64,000 nucleotides of DNA from Camelus dromedarius. Its lineage: Eukaryota. Below are positions 25,173-38,718 of the stretch, one piece after another (the first letter of the stretch is position 1; every line of letters begins with the position of its first letter). Location of the stretch: contig NC_087437.1 in assembly GCF_036321535.1 (NCBI RefSeq), positions 88,972,001 to 89,036,000 on the forward strand, given 5' to 3'. The notes under the pieces were generated by a model, which saw only the letters and a list, made by a program, of their open reading frames with translations, did no database searches and was not told the origin of the DNA. Made by a program: the position numbers and the translations under genes.

Positions 25173-28009
25173 TTACCAAAAATAGGATATTAAAAAGTAT
25201 AATTCTGTAACTCCTTAAGCTACGTAGTCAGTAACTTTTATTAACCTGTGATACAGGATTTACTGATTTATTATGTTAGAAACTTTTCTTTTTAAGGCAG
25301 ATATTAAAGTGGAAATTAAGAAATTAAAGAAAATTAATAAATACTTTGTTTAAATTTTTCTTTAAAGAAATTAAAGTGGTTACAGTATTTCTAGGTTTTG
25401 TTGTCATTTTGTTTGTTTTCAAGTGACATTAGATTTCTCTTTGAACAACATTCTAAACACAATGTATTACCATTTCCCCAATCCATTTTAAAATTAATAT
25501 CTTGAAGAAGTGAGAGTGCCTTGTGATGAGGATCACAGGGAACATAGCTGATACAGGGTAATTAGTACAAGTTTTTGAGACATTATTAACACATTTTAAT
25601 TCAGTAATTCTTCTGGGATTTTTTTCCTTAAACTATAGTCAGTAATTCATGGTGGGAGTTATGTATATATATGTTCAGTATTATTTATAATATTAAGTAT
25701 GTATTAATCATTACATTAACAATAAGTATGTGATTATTTAACAGTAGTTATAGCTCCAGAGAATATAGAAAAATATAAATTCAGACAACATTGTTACCAC
25801 ATTTATGGTACATTTATCAGTCAGCACAGTAGAAAAAAATCTTCCAAATGTCAGTGTCCCATAGTAGAAATAAAAATGGGAAAGCTAAAAAAAAAAGCAG
25901 TTTATAAATTTATATCTGAATTTTCTTAATGTAGCAAGGTGTTCTGCTTATAAATTTTAATTTTAATTAGGAAGATAACATTCATTAGCATTTTATTACA
26001 CTTTGTCCAAAAGTTACTGTAAATCTTAACACCTTGAGGTCTGTACCGGTCGTGCTGCTGCTCTGAGACGTGGGGTTTCTCTAGGAAGTGCTAGGACTCA
26101 CTTATTAAAGTGAAATAACACACAGACAAAGGCAAGACATGCTGAACTTTTCTTCCTTTTAAAGGAAAAATTCTGATATATCTCAAATGGAAAAAAAAGA
26201 AGAAGATCTCAATTATAGGGCTATTTTCCTAACTTTAGCCCTCATATTTTATTACTTTAATGTTTTAGCCATTGTAACTGGTTAACAATGAGGATCATTA
26301 CAATACATTTTTTCTTGGAGGACAAGGAGATGGCATTTATGAGGTGGAGGTGACAATATTTACAAGACTCATGAGTCGTCACACATGGTCCAGTCATCAA
26401 ACTAAGCCTGAGGCATAAACAAGTTTAATAGTGGTGTCTATGTTTCCTACTCATTCTTTTACGTTCAAAATAATTTCACCACAAATTTTGGACAGTATAT
26501 CAAAATACACAACTATGACTTCAGGCATGTGTTTGCACTATCAGTTGGAATCTATTTTGTAATCAGAAGGAAATAAGAGGTGAAAGAATAATAATACAAC
26601 CTTTGCAGTTGGGTTTTTCCCAAGACCCCACTTCTGCTGCATAAGTACCTAACCTCAGATCTGAGGTCTGGAAATTCACTTCATTTTTTCAGCACGAGCC
26701 ATTTATTTGGCACCTATTTGCAATGTTAAATTGATTTTTATTTTCCATCCAGCTCACTATGCATATTGTTTCAGCATATGTGAACACAGGAAGGAATATA
26801 TCACAAGTTGCAGAACAAAACCTATTTTCCACAATCAGTGGATGTATCAGTACTTCTGTGTATTTGTTCTGGGTGTCAGATAAAGATGTGACTTCTCTGT
26901 GAACTTATACTATACCAATTTTATAATCTTTTGAAAATTTGAATTATTAGCACAACCAGAAACTCTTATGTCTTCCAGAGTGGTAACTGAGCATGGAAAT
27001 GTGAAAATGTTTACAACAAATATGAAATACCCCATCTTCCTCAAAATGTATCAAAATAAGACAAAAAAAAGTATTTTTAAAAACGTATCACAGGGTCTTA
27101 AAATATTTTCATCTTTGTCACCTAAGAAATATACTGTTCCCATGGAGGGAGTTGGAAAGGACATTTGCACAGGTGACATATTTCAAAATGCTCTTTTGCA
27201 GGAATGAGAGTCTTATGCAGGTACAAAGAGATAAGAATTTTATTTCCATTTATCCATTTATCTGAACAGAATTTATAATTAACTGGATATAACCTGGCTT
27301 TCTCATATGTTTCCTTATCAGTTTCACGTTTCTTGCAATAATACTCCAAATGTTTGAGAGGCATTTGCTATTTAAATTCCCTGATTTCAGGTGATCTATA
27401 ACCTTTTGAATGAATTAACTTCTGAGTTAAAATTTATCATGCTATTCTCAGTGTAATTTTTTTTTTAAGTTTGATAGAAGTAGTTTGGCTACCTTTCAGT
27501 TATTCAGGCATGAATGAGCCACATTTTTCATACTTCAGACATATTTGGAAAGATTTCTACCCTTGGTAAACTCAAGCTTTTGTGCAGAATGACAATCTGA
27601 TATCTGTCTCCTGGCTCCTCCAGCTGCCAGTCTATTAGTAGAACCCGCACTGATCTCAAGAGACTGGAGATGGAGGATGGAATGATGGTCATGCGAAAGT
27701 GAATTAATGCTGGGAGAGAGAGAGAAGGAAGCACAGTAATAAGAAAACTTGGACTGTATTATGTGATTCCCTCTCAAACTCTCATTTTTTCCCTTTCACA
27801 TGAGAAATATAAAAGGAAAGGTGCTATTATCAGTGATGGACTCCAAGAGCAAGTTACCAGGTTAATTTCCAAATACAATTTAGGAGGAAAGAAGTAGGAG
27901 TTAGTAGAAAGAGAGCATGGGTAAAATGGAAACAATCAAAGTTAAGATTCCTAGAGTCAGAATTTTGGTTCATTACAATCCTCAAGAGGAAAGACAAAAT
28001 TCATTACAA

Positions 28010-28990
28010 ACAGAAAAGTAGCATATGCAAATTGTCTCTTTAACAAATAATAAAAGAGAATATGTGATTCCAGACTAGAAGGTTTAACTTTGATTCCTTG
28101 GAAGATCTTAGGAAGACTCACTCAATAATCAAATTGATTTTACCTGGAGAAATGGTGAACACTAAGATAATATAAATAGCCAGGTGGTATGAAGAATAAA
28201 TTGAGTCCAACTAATTTTATTCTCTCTGTGACAGCGTGGCAACTTCAAGACAAGAAGAAAACCAAATAGTGATAAGCTTCAAATTTCACAAAAGATCTCT
28301 TTTCAATCCCAGATGACATTCTCTCAAAAGTAAGTAAGACCTAAAAATACACCTGTAGGACACATCTGTCATGTCCCATAGGCTCCAATCTAGAGTCATT
28401 GTTGCTTCATGAATAGTCTGATTACGTCACATAATATCTACTATTTTATGTTCAAATGTGTTTAAAGGAATTGATTATCTTAGCTGAGATTAGTAGGTCA
28501 TGAGAATAAAACATTTAAAGGAATATTTACAATAATTCAGAACACCACAGTTAGGGGATGGTGTCAGCACCTAAAGAGGTTTTGATTACATTAGTCATTG
28601 AGAGTAAGACTTAGGTGTGAAAGTTCTGTTTGGGCTTCATTTATTCCAATTAGAATGAAATGGAAGACAGAGCAATTGTTTTTCTCTGTAAAGACAAAAT
28701 TTGCCCTAAGATGCTGTAGCAGTGCTCGACTGAGAACTGTATGGGTCACTGAGCTGGTTTCACCTTAAGAGATTAGGCTGGGAAGTTGGCTAAAGGAGGT
28801 GTGCCTCTTTTAAGCGTCCCACTTCTTAGAAACGTTTACATCTTTTTATTAAAGTGGGCATGGCTTTAAATACCACTTTTCAGAAGTTCAGGATGCAAGG
28901 GTGACCACATCCACTTTTTAACTTATCTTAGATGCTTCTTTGGTAAAATAAAGACACTGGACTATAATGGTTTCCAAGATTCTTTGTCTA
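28010..28990 (+). mobile_element. L3/CR1 LINE remnant (RT fragment ~28010-28330, probable 3' region ~28560-28990)
   Basis: 28081-28110 translates GLTLIPWKIL (cf. CR1 SLTSIPGKIL) and 28186-28221 GMKNKLSPTNFI (cf. GFTKNKSCQTNLI). Confidence 0.6.
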
Positions 28991-29211
28991 TTTACAAAGG
29001 ATAAGATTTTCTTTCTGGATCACCCAGACTTGTTAAAGAATCAGCAATACTGAAGATTTAATCTGAGCATTGTAACAATAATATTCAGAAATTTTTTATT
29101 TGCTTGAAACTTCCCTCTGCTTAATTTTGTATATATGTATTTAAAATGTAGGGACTTATAATGTATACAGTATCATATTTTAATGTTAGTGGAAAAAAAT
29201 CATCCTTAGCA

Positions 29212-29425
29212 TAATGGTAATTCTCAGGCCTGTAATACCTCTTCCACCCCCAAGGGGCTTTAGTAAAATAATTGGGATGCTTTAGTGGTAACAATCACTG
29301 AGAGGAGGGAGCTACGGGCATTTGTTGCTTGAAGAACAGGAATGCTAATATTCTGTAATGCATCAGACAGCTCCTTACAACAAAGGATTGCTGTCCTCCA
29401 AATCCAGGAATGCCCTTGAAAAAAT
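29212..29425. mobile_element. hAT-Charlie element (MER20-like)
   Basis: 'cccccaaggggc...gctacgggcattt...agggaatgctaatattctgtaatgcatcagacagctcc...acaacaaaggatt'. Confidence 0.65.
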
Positions 29426-29644
29426 TTGCAAGCTTTTCCTTTTACCTTATGGCAGATACCAGATAAATTAATACAAGGACTAGAAAGTTTCTAGAAGGAA
29501 AGAAATTTTTTTAATGTATGGTGAGATTTTAGTTTATTATTTGTGAAAATAAAAACATGAAATTATGAATTACCAATCAGGGTATACAGGTTAATGTAAA
29601 AGTTGATCGTATTTACTGTTTTAATAACGTGATCAACTTGAGTC

Positions 29645-31073
29645 TTTTTAATTGAAGTATAGTTGATTTACAATATTCTGTTAATTTCATGTGTACAGCA
29701 AAGTGATTAAGCTATAAACACATATATACATATTTTCAGATTATTTTCCATTACAGGTTATTATAAGATATTGAATATAGTTCCCTGTGGTGTACAGTAT
29801 GTCCCTGTTGTTTATCTATTTTATATATAGTATTGTGTATCTCCTAATCCCAAGCTCCTATAGTTTATCCTTTCATCCCCCCAGTTCAATCTTAATTTCA
29901 CATAAACAGTGAATTCCTTTTTGGTGACCGTAAATTGTTTTTCTAAATCTGTGTCTGTTTCTGTTTTTGTAAATAAGTTCATTAGTATCTTTTTTTTTAG
30001 ATTCTACATATAAGTGATATTGTATGATATTTGTCTTTGATTTACTTCATTTAGTTTGATAATCTCTAGGTCCATCATGTTGCTGCAAATGGCATTATTT
30101 CATTCTTTTTATGGCTGAATAGTATTTCATTCAATGTACGTTGATATATACACCACATCTTCTTTATCTTTACATCTATCGATGGACACTTAGATTGCTT
30201 CCATGTCTAGGCTATTGTAAATAGTGCTGTTATGAACATTGGGGTGTAGGTATCTTTTTGAATTAGAGTTTTTTCTTTTCCAGATATGTGCTAGATATGA
30301 GATATGAGTTGGATTGCTGGATCATTTGGTAACTCTGTTTTTTGTTTTTTTAAGGAAGCTCTCTACTATTCTCCATAGTGGCTGCATCAGTTTACATTCC
30401 CACTAACAGTGTATGAGGGTTCCCTTTTCTCCACACCCTCTCCAGCATTTTTTAATTGTAGACTTTTTGATGATGGCCATTCTGACTACAACTTCCTCAT
30501 TGTAGTTTTGATGTGCATTTTTCTAATGATTAGCAATATTGAGCATCTTTTCATGTGCCTGTGGCCCATCTGTATGTCTTCTTTGGAGAAAAGTCTATTT
30601 AGGTCTTCTGACCATTTTTTGATTGGGTTTTTTTTTTTTTTGATATTGAATTGTATGAGCTGTTTGTATATTTTGGAAACTAAGCCCCTGTCGGTTGCAT
30701 AATTTGCAAGTATTTTCTCCCATAGGTTGTCTATTCTTTGTTTATGGTTTCCTTGGCTATGCAAAAGCTTTTAAGCTTGATAGGTCCCATTTGTTTATTT
30801 TTGCTTTTCTTTCTTTTGCCTTGGGAGACTGATCTAAGAAAGTATTGCTACAACTTATGTCAGAAAATGTTTTGCCTATGTTTTCTTCTAGGAAGTTTAT
30901 GTTTAAGTCTTTAAGCCATTTTGAGTTTATTTTTGTGTATGGTGTGAGGGAGTGTTCTAACTTCATTGGTTGACATGTGGCTGTCCAGCTTTCTCAGCAC
31001 CACTTGCTGAAGAGACTGTCTTTTCTCCATTGTATATTCTTACCTCTTTTGTTGAAGATTAATTGACCATAGG
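29645..31073 (-). mobile_element. 5'-truncated L1 (ORF2 C-terminus plus full 3'UTR), frameshifted
   Basis: ORFs 30757-30966 ([22 protein letters not shown]) and 30486-30764 ([22 protein letters not shown]...SKEDIQM) are L1 ORF2; antisense terminus 'ttttaattgaagtatagttgatttacaata'. Confidence 0.95.
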
Positions 31074-32626
31074 TTTCATGGCCAGTCCAATTAATAACAG
31101 AAAACATCATAACCTGATAACAACCAGACACATTTACTTTATGTGTAAGAGTGATGCTTGGCTTGAGGTTGGCAGTCTTTTCTGTGCATTGACTTCAGTG
31201 TTCTTTTCCAAAGGGGAAGGCACTCAAGAAACTGTTGACCAATGTGTCCAGGAGCTGTTTTCTGAGGGACATTTCTCTTTTAGAAAACACTGTGCAATTA
31301 TTATGTAGCAAAAACTCCTTGGATAAAAGCCATAGAAACTCTCAACAGCTGAGGAAAACTTGGCAGGAAATAAGAGAAAGAAAAAAAATAACTTTCCTCT
31401 GTTAGGATCCAATATAGATGGTTGAATTCTAAACTCTGTGGATGAGGTCTGGCCCACAACCTCTTTATGGTCTCTCCAGTATCTGGAAGAATTGTAAGCA
31501 GATTGCTAATATTTCACGGGAGTTAAGTAACTCCTAGATGGATACATTCTGAAAGTAGAATTAGATGATTAACTTGCTGTGATACTCTGTGTGTGCTTTT
31601 GTGTGTGTTTTAATAAGCAGATGATACCATTGGTTAGTATTACAACTGCCTTAGCTTTCAATGGAATTTGAAATTTCCTTGAAAGTCAATAGATATGAAA
31701 TATCAATGAATATGCAAAAATAGAATGAAGAAATGAAAAAGGAGATGTTCATATTTGCTGTAAATAATATGAGAGTAAAGTGAGGAGCCAACTGGGGCAT
31801 AATCGATTAAGAATGACACTGAAGACACCCTGGGCCATAAGCAGTATATTTTTTAGCATCTGTTAGTGGTGTGAGGGGAAAAAAAATCTCAATAGGAAAT
31901 ATAAAATGTGAAGGAAATATTTCTCTTAAAATGTTGATTAGAATCTTAGTAAATCCTTGCATATAGTTTGATTCTTATTATAAGCAGATGTGGAGAGTTC
32001 AGAGAACGTTAAATAAAACCTTACAGGTAGAACATAAGTTTGATGCTAAGAACACACTTTTCCGATCTGATAGTTTTATCACCACAAAAGAGAGTAGGAA
32101 GTTTCTCATATAGAAAAAAATTTTTAAATGGTGAGTTTATAGTTGTTGAGTATTTTCTAAATTTAAGCACAACCAAAAGCAGGCATGTGTTTAAAGTTTA
32201 GCAGGATAGTAGTATAAACTAGTGTCTTTAGTTGGTGACTTTTCCTTTCTACTTTTAAAACTCTCTCAACATTCATTTTATTTGAGAAAAATGTAAAACA
32301 TGTCCATAGAGAGTTGTGATTATTCTTCTCATTCAACTGACACCATGGATAGATCTTTTATGGAAAGATTAACTGGATTATATTTATGTTTTTTCCTCAC
32401 TGAAAGCTCTTTCTTTGAGATGAATGAGTGAAGACTTTTTCAGCTGTTGGTAAACTGATATGCAGTAAGGATTTATTTTCCTCAAGTGATTATAGGAACA
32501 ATCTAGACACATTAAAGGAGCAAATCCAAAATATTAAGGAAAAATAGATGATATATCAGAGGTTATTAAATCAAAGAAAATATGCCCCAGTTAAAATGTG
32601 AGGTTTTCTTTTTTTATTTGAAAATA

Positions 32627-32710
32627 TTTTTTCTTTTTCTTCCTTCCTTCCTTTCTTTCTTCCTTCCTTCCTTCCTTCCTTCCTTCCTTCCTTCCTTCCT
32701 TCCTTCCTTC

Positions 32711-32777
<67 letters not shown>

Positions 32778-32779
32778 TC
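32627..32779. repeat. Compound (TTCC)n(TTTC)n tetranucleotide repeat; purine-free tract
   Basis: Directly visible; no A or G on the + strand over ~150 bp. Confidence 0.98.
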
Positions 32780-34741
32780 AATTTTTTTTATATATAAACT
32801 TTTTTTTATTGAGTTTCTGCTTTCCCTCTTCCATAAGACTGAGCTGGGGGCTGCTTCTTTTGCCTAGAACCCAATGAAGAAGACTTGTTTAGCGGAGCTG
32901 CAGACAATTTCAGCCTACAGGTGACATAGTGAGAAAACCTTTTGTTGTTAAGCTTTTCAGTGATTGTTGTCTCAGTAAAATCTAGCAAAAGCTATTACAG
33001 CCCTTCAAGATCCGAGGTGAGTGTATGGCATATGATGAGATCACTTCATGTTGGTGAAGTCGTTGTCATCATCATCTCTTTCGTTATTCCTGGCTTGTTA
33101 CGGATACCTGCATTGTGAGAAATCAAACTGTTGGATGCTATGCTAAGATAGAAGTCACAAAGATTTGAGAAAAACCTATACTTAACTTGGAAACCACCAG
33201 GCAGGAAACAGTCCCTAAGCAAACTGAACAAGTTGACTGTCTAAAAAACTAACCAAACGCAGTTTGGCAGACATGAAAAAGTAATCCGGGTCTTGCTTGT
33301 CATCTGGGGAGCCGGGTGAGAACATTCCAGTTAAGTCTAGAAACCAGAGGCTTCTGAAAATCTCTCTAGGTGAACTTTTAGAAAATCTAATGGGTCTCTC
33401 TTAGCCTAAGAATAAACAGTAGAAGTTGTGGAAAGTCAAATAAGAACCCAGAAGTCTCTGGAAATCATGGAAGGGATTGTGGGTGGAAGTCAGGCTCCTG
33501 CAGTGGCCTCTGGGTGACTCCAGGCTCTCACAGTATTCCCTGCACAGCTTCAAGTCACAATATGAACTGTTAACATTTCTCAAATACCATTTATGCAAAA
33601 CTGTACTTAAAGAGCTAAAGATAGTAATAAGAAGATACAGAAGACTAGGAAAATAGAGAGGGAGAAGGAATGGAGGAAGATAAGTAATAGGGGAGGAAAA
33701 ATAAGAAAGGAAAAGGCAACTAGGTAAGACAGAAAGTAAAAACTCTTTAAAAATTCAACCTTAAATTAAACAAGCAAGGTTAGGAGGGTCTACAGTTGAT
33801 TCACAACACCGTTTCATCCAAGCTTCTCTAAAAGTGTGGCAATTAAAAAAAAGTCATTCATACATTAATGAAGTTTTTTTTTTTTCATGAGAACTTTTGG
33901 CAACCAAATTCTTTTCACTTATTTATTGACATCTGTTCATTGACTTACAAAGGATCACAGAGCGTATCACTTGTGGAGACAAAACTGGATCCAGTGTTTC
34001 GTAGCTCAGTCTGAGGCTTTTCCTAATTTTATGTTTAGACAAAAATGAACCTCTCCTTGATCAAGGGCAGATTAAGGATTACCAGAGAGAATATTCTACT
34101 CTTTTACCAAATTCTTCTAATATGGAAGTAGGAACCTTCCTTCAAATATGAGTAGCTGTTTGGAACTTTCAATGAATCAATAACCCTATGTAAATATTAA
34201 TCAAAAGAATTTAGAAGTTATCTTTGAGTAGTAGATTATATTTATTAGTAATTTAAAATGGTAAAATATAGTAGATTAAATACATTCATATGTATGTAAT
34301 AATATAAAAGTATGGTATTAAAGTTATGAATATAATGATAATTATTATTGAATTATTCTTAGTTAGAAAGGTAAAAATTTAAATTAACATAGGACTTACG
34401 CCCAAGAGAAAATGTGAATATATATAATGTCATAGGTCTACATTTTTATTTTTCCTCAAGTATTGTCCTACATAAGACACACAACTTGCTAGTACATGCA
34501 CACACATGCACACACAGTATATGAATTATGTAGTACATATATATATATATATACATATACCAAATAAAGTATAAAATTCTTCATATTAAGACATATTTGA
34601 TTTAAAAATTATAAAGCATGTTTTGTTGATAATGAAGCATAATTAATGTATGTATATAGGTCCCTCAAGTAAGATTTTTAGGTGCCCTATACATAACTTC
34701 TTAATGTATTGAGTACGCAATGGGAATTTTCTGATCTTTTT

Positions 34742-34755
34742 CTGCCATCTAGTGG
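34742..34755 (-). promoter_or_regulatory. CTCF core motif
   Basis: Minus strand CCACTAGATGGCAG, a full match to CCASYAGRKGGCRS, in apparently unique sequence. Motif match only. Confidence 0.55.
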
Positions 34756-37002
34756 TACATTCAACAGTTTGTCTTTAAAAAGGCCAGTGTAAAATTTCTA
34801 TTGAATTGGAATCACAGATTTAGGTCATTGAATAAATACAAAGTTGTGAATAAACAGAAATAGAAATTCAGTATTTTCACTATATTATCCTTTTATATTA
34901 CCTAGTCAATTACAAGTTTTTTTCAAGGCTTCTCTCTCGCTTCTTACAAAATATAAAACTAAGGTTACAATGAACTAAATACGGCTGTTGTCCTGAAGTC
35001 ATAATCTCCCAAATGAAGCACCAAATGAACTAAATATAAAATATTATAATGTGAGGTTTTAAAATTCTAATTATATACCACATATTGTTTCAGTATTTAT
35101 AATTGTACAACACTTACCATGCAGCAGATGTTTTTTAAGCACAGGTACATACACTGGTTCTTTTATTTATGGTATATATCTTGAATAAAATGCATATGGC
35201 ATCAGTGAATATTTGTTGCCTTAGCACTAACTTTAGAAAAATTGCCTCTGAAAGTAGAAAAAAAATTTGAAGTGATTTAGAAGTCTACAGTTTAGAAGGA
35301 TAGAATGACTATTGGCTGCACATTCTCCTGTCTGGGGCAGTGTCTGCCGTCATTAGTAAAGGGCAGTGGCTGGGGAAAGCAGGTATAATTGGTTTCAACG
35401 TTAAGTGACATAATTAGGGAACATCATGCATTTCTAAAATAAAACACATCAAATTGAAAAGTTCAGTAGTGTGCAGTACTTCAAATGTTTATCACATTCA
35501 AGAGTGATATTGACAAGTTAATATACTTCTTTTGAAATGTTTTAGTAAAAGAGCTTGTTATCACCCTGCCCCCAGCCCTGCCCAATACACTCTCTTTTGT
35601 GACCAAAGGCTGGTGTATGTGAAAAACTCAGTCTTGACTGTAATCTGTAGCAAAGAGAAAGAACTTTTCTTATTATAATGAGAATTGAATCATACAAATA
35701 TTAAAATTTCCTGGAAAGTAGAATAATTGGTATCACATACTATACAAAAGAAAGAAATTTATTATAAATAGAACATAAACACATGCCTTCTTGTTCTTAA
35801 TATTAATAGAAAAGAGAAGTAAACTTACAGGTTACTATGCATTGCCTTGATAAATGTCAGTTCATTCCTCCGAGTCTGTTAGTTTCTCTACTTTTAATTT
35901 GAAAATTATTATCCTACTTATACATAATTAGTATTCATACTCTAATTTTTACACCATTATATGGCATCCTAAAAGAAAAGCATAAATTATATAAAACTAT
36001 ATACAAAAATGTACTACTTATTTTGATGGAAAAAAATGTATTCCAAATTTTCTGTGGAAAGCTATACTGGTGCTTATAAGAATGCCAAAAGTGAAACTGC
36101 AGATAGATTATTTAAATTGTGCAATTTCTCCTAAGAACATAATAAAACTAGTTCAATATGAGTTCTAGTAAGTTCAAAATGAGAAATGAAAGCACTGATT
36201 TGCTATGTTCCACTTCCAGCTTCAGGCACAGAAACTTCTTCATAGGCACCAGGTTAGGCTGCACCTATTTGGAGTAGATATTGTATCAGTAGATTTTAAT
36301 TTATATTGGAAATGTCTAATATATCTTAGTAATAATGCATGGAAATTAATGCCATCTAATATGTCATTTATTGATTTGAAATTACAACTTTCAGATACTT
36401 AAAATATAACAGGTATTTCCAAAGTACTTTGCAGAGATGATTTTAAAAATTGTATTCCTAATTTATAGTATGTACTTAGTATCTTACTTATTTTTATGGT
36501 AGCCTTATTTCAAAATTGTTAGCAATTATGAAATCATTTGAAAAGTAATAAAGAATTATTCTACATAGAGTTGTTCTACATGTGTCAAAATTCAGTTGCT
36601 AATAAATGTGGGATTATTAGGCATATTGCAAAGAGAAAACAAGTGATTTTTTTTCCCTAAGAAAAAAAATATTTTTAAGCCCAACGAAGCTAAGTATCTT
36701 CTTGTTCAGTATCAGACTGGTTAGTAAACGCCCCATCCAATGCTATCTACTCCTCAGGAAGGAGTGGCTAAGCATTCTTGGAATAGTAGTCACTCTTGTA
36801 AATATGATTTGCCTACACAAAGTCACCAGTGACCTTTTGGGTAAAGGTTGAATTCTTTTACACAATGTACTTGATAGCAGCAAGATTTCTAAAATGAATA
36901 TATCTATTCAACATATCAGTACTACTTTAAAAAATTTAAAGCACATAATTTACCTCATTACACAAAATGTACACAAAATTATTTAAAACTACATTTAGCT
37001 TT

Positions 37003-37306
37003 GATGAACTCATCTACAAAACAGAAACAGACTCACAGACATAGTAAACAATCTTATGGTTACAGGTGAAAGGGGATGAGAAGGGATAAATTTGGAGCTT
37101 GAGATTTGCAAATGTTAGCAAATGTTAGATTTTTAAAAAACTCAAATTTCTTCTGTATAGCACAGGGAACTATATTCAATATCTTGTAGTAACCTTTAAT
37201 AACAAAAGATACGAAAATAAATATATGTATGTATGTGTATGATGGGACGTTGTGCTGTACACCAGAAACTGACACATTATAACTGACTATTCTTCAATTG
37301 AAAAAT
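37003..37306 (+). mobile_element. 5'-truncated L1 3'UTR fragment
   Basis: 'atgaactcatctacaaaacagaaacagactcacagacatag...tgctgtacaccagaaactgacacattataactgactattcttcaatt'; 15-bp TSD acta(c/t)atttagcttt at 36988-37002 and 37307-37321. Confidence 0.92.
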
Positions 37307-37889
37307 ACTATATTTAGCTTTAAGAATACACTTTCAAATAGACTTTTTAAGAATGACTTTCAAAGTTATGGAAAATAACATTTTCACCGAAGGCTAGTGT
37401 AAATGAAATTGGTAAACTTTGTGTATTTGTTTTTTTCTGAATACAGAATCTATTTTTTGACATATAAATACATGTATATAGAAAGACTTTAAAACAATAT
37501 TTAAAACTACATGCATTTCTATCAGACCTATGTAAATATATGTAATATTCAAGTGATATATATATTCATATTTATAGTCATACACATGTATAACCACATA
37601 TATAATATATATGATAACCAAGTTTTTTACTATAGCACTATCAAAAGCAACTTTTATATCATTTTTTGCTTCAAGAATATTTCATTGGCTATAAAATATT
37701 ATGTAATCTCATTTCTAAATATTAGGTAACCAATTCTCACTGTTAGATTTTCCCAATTTAAATCAATAAATATCTCCACATATTTTAGCCTATTCATTAT
37801 TAGTTTTTTTATAAATGACTAATAGTCAAGTTAAATAACAAAGGCATTTTAAAGATTTCGATATGTGTTTTCATATGCCATCCAGAAAG

Positions 37890-38400
37890 CCAATAAAAAC
37901 TCTGGGAAACAATTTCCAAGTAAGTATCAAAAGCCTTAATATTTTATGCCCTTTGAGTACATATTTCTACTCCTAGAAATTTGCCCAAAGGAAGCAATAC
38001 AAAATTTATATTGTGCTTTGAGCCTGAAATTCATTTCAGTGCCATTTATTACTTTGAAATAATTTTGGTAACCATGTAAATACTTAAAAATGCAATAATG
38101 TTTAAGCAAACTCTGATAAAGAGCATATTTTAATGAGATGTTATGTACTAATTATCATTATAATAACAAAGAACTATAATAATATGGAAAATATAAAAAA
38201 TATAAAATAAAAAATCCTTATAGCATGTTAATACTCTTTAAAGAAAAAATACAATAATACTAGAAAATCTACCCAAATAATATTGATTATCATTAAGTAA
38301 AGATACAGGCCACCTTTAATTTTTTCTGCATTTTTTTCTTTTGCGCTTTATAAATGGGGAAGTATTGATATATCAAAAAGTCATTAATTTTATTTTATAA
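37890..38400 (+). mobile_element. Ancient L1ME-like fragment
   Basis: 'ctgggaaacaatttccaagtaagtatcaaaagcctt...atgccctttga...ttctactcctagaaatttgcccaaaggaa'. Confidence 0.55.
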
Positions 38401-38718
38401 CATTACTCATGCAAATCTACCTTTCCTAAGATGAAATCATTTGAATTCAGAATTATTTAATTAAGGTGGCTTTTAGCAAATTCAAATTCTGAAAATTGAT
38501 ATTTACAGTTGATAACTGCTGACTCTGTTCTCTCAATAATTTCTCCAATTTTAAGAGAACTCACAGATGAACACATACCAGAACATGTTTCTTTCTTTCT
38601 GTTATATGAACATTGCATAGCTATGACTAGTTACAGATATTAGGAAAGGATAAATATTTTTATTTGGTGCAGAATAGGCTAAGAATCTACTTATAATTTA
38701 CAATAGTAGTTCTTTAAA

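Noticed and set aside
26652..26667. 16-bp perfect palindrome acctcagatctgaggt
   Set aside because: About one such palindrome is expected by chance in 64 kb (64000 divided by 4^8).
30409..30966. ORFs with clear protein similarity (also 39183-39488 and 60274-60456)
   Set aside because: They are frameshifted L1 ORF2 C-terminal fragments or their antisense, not host genes or active elements.
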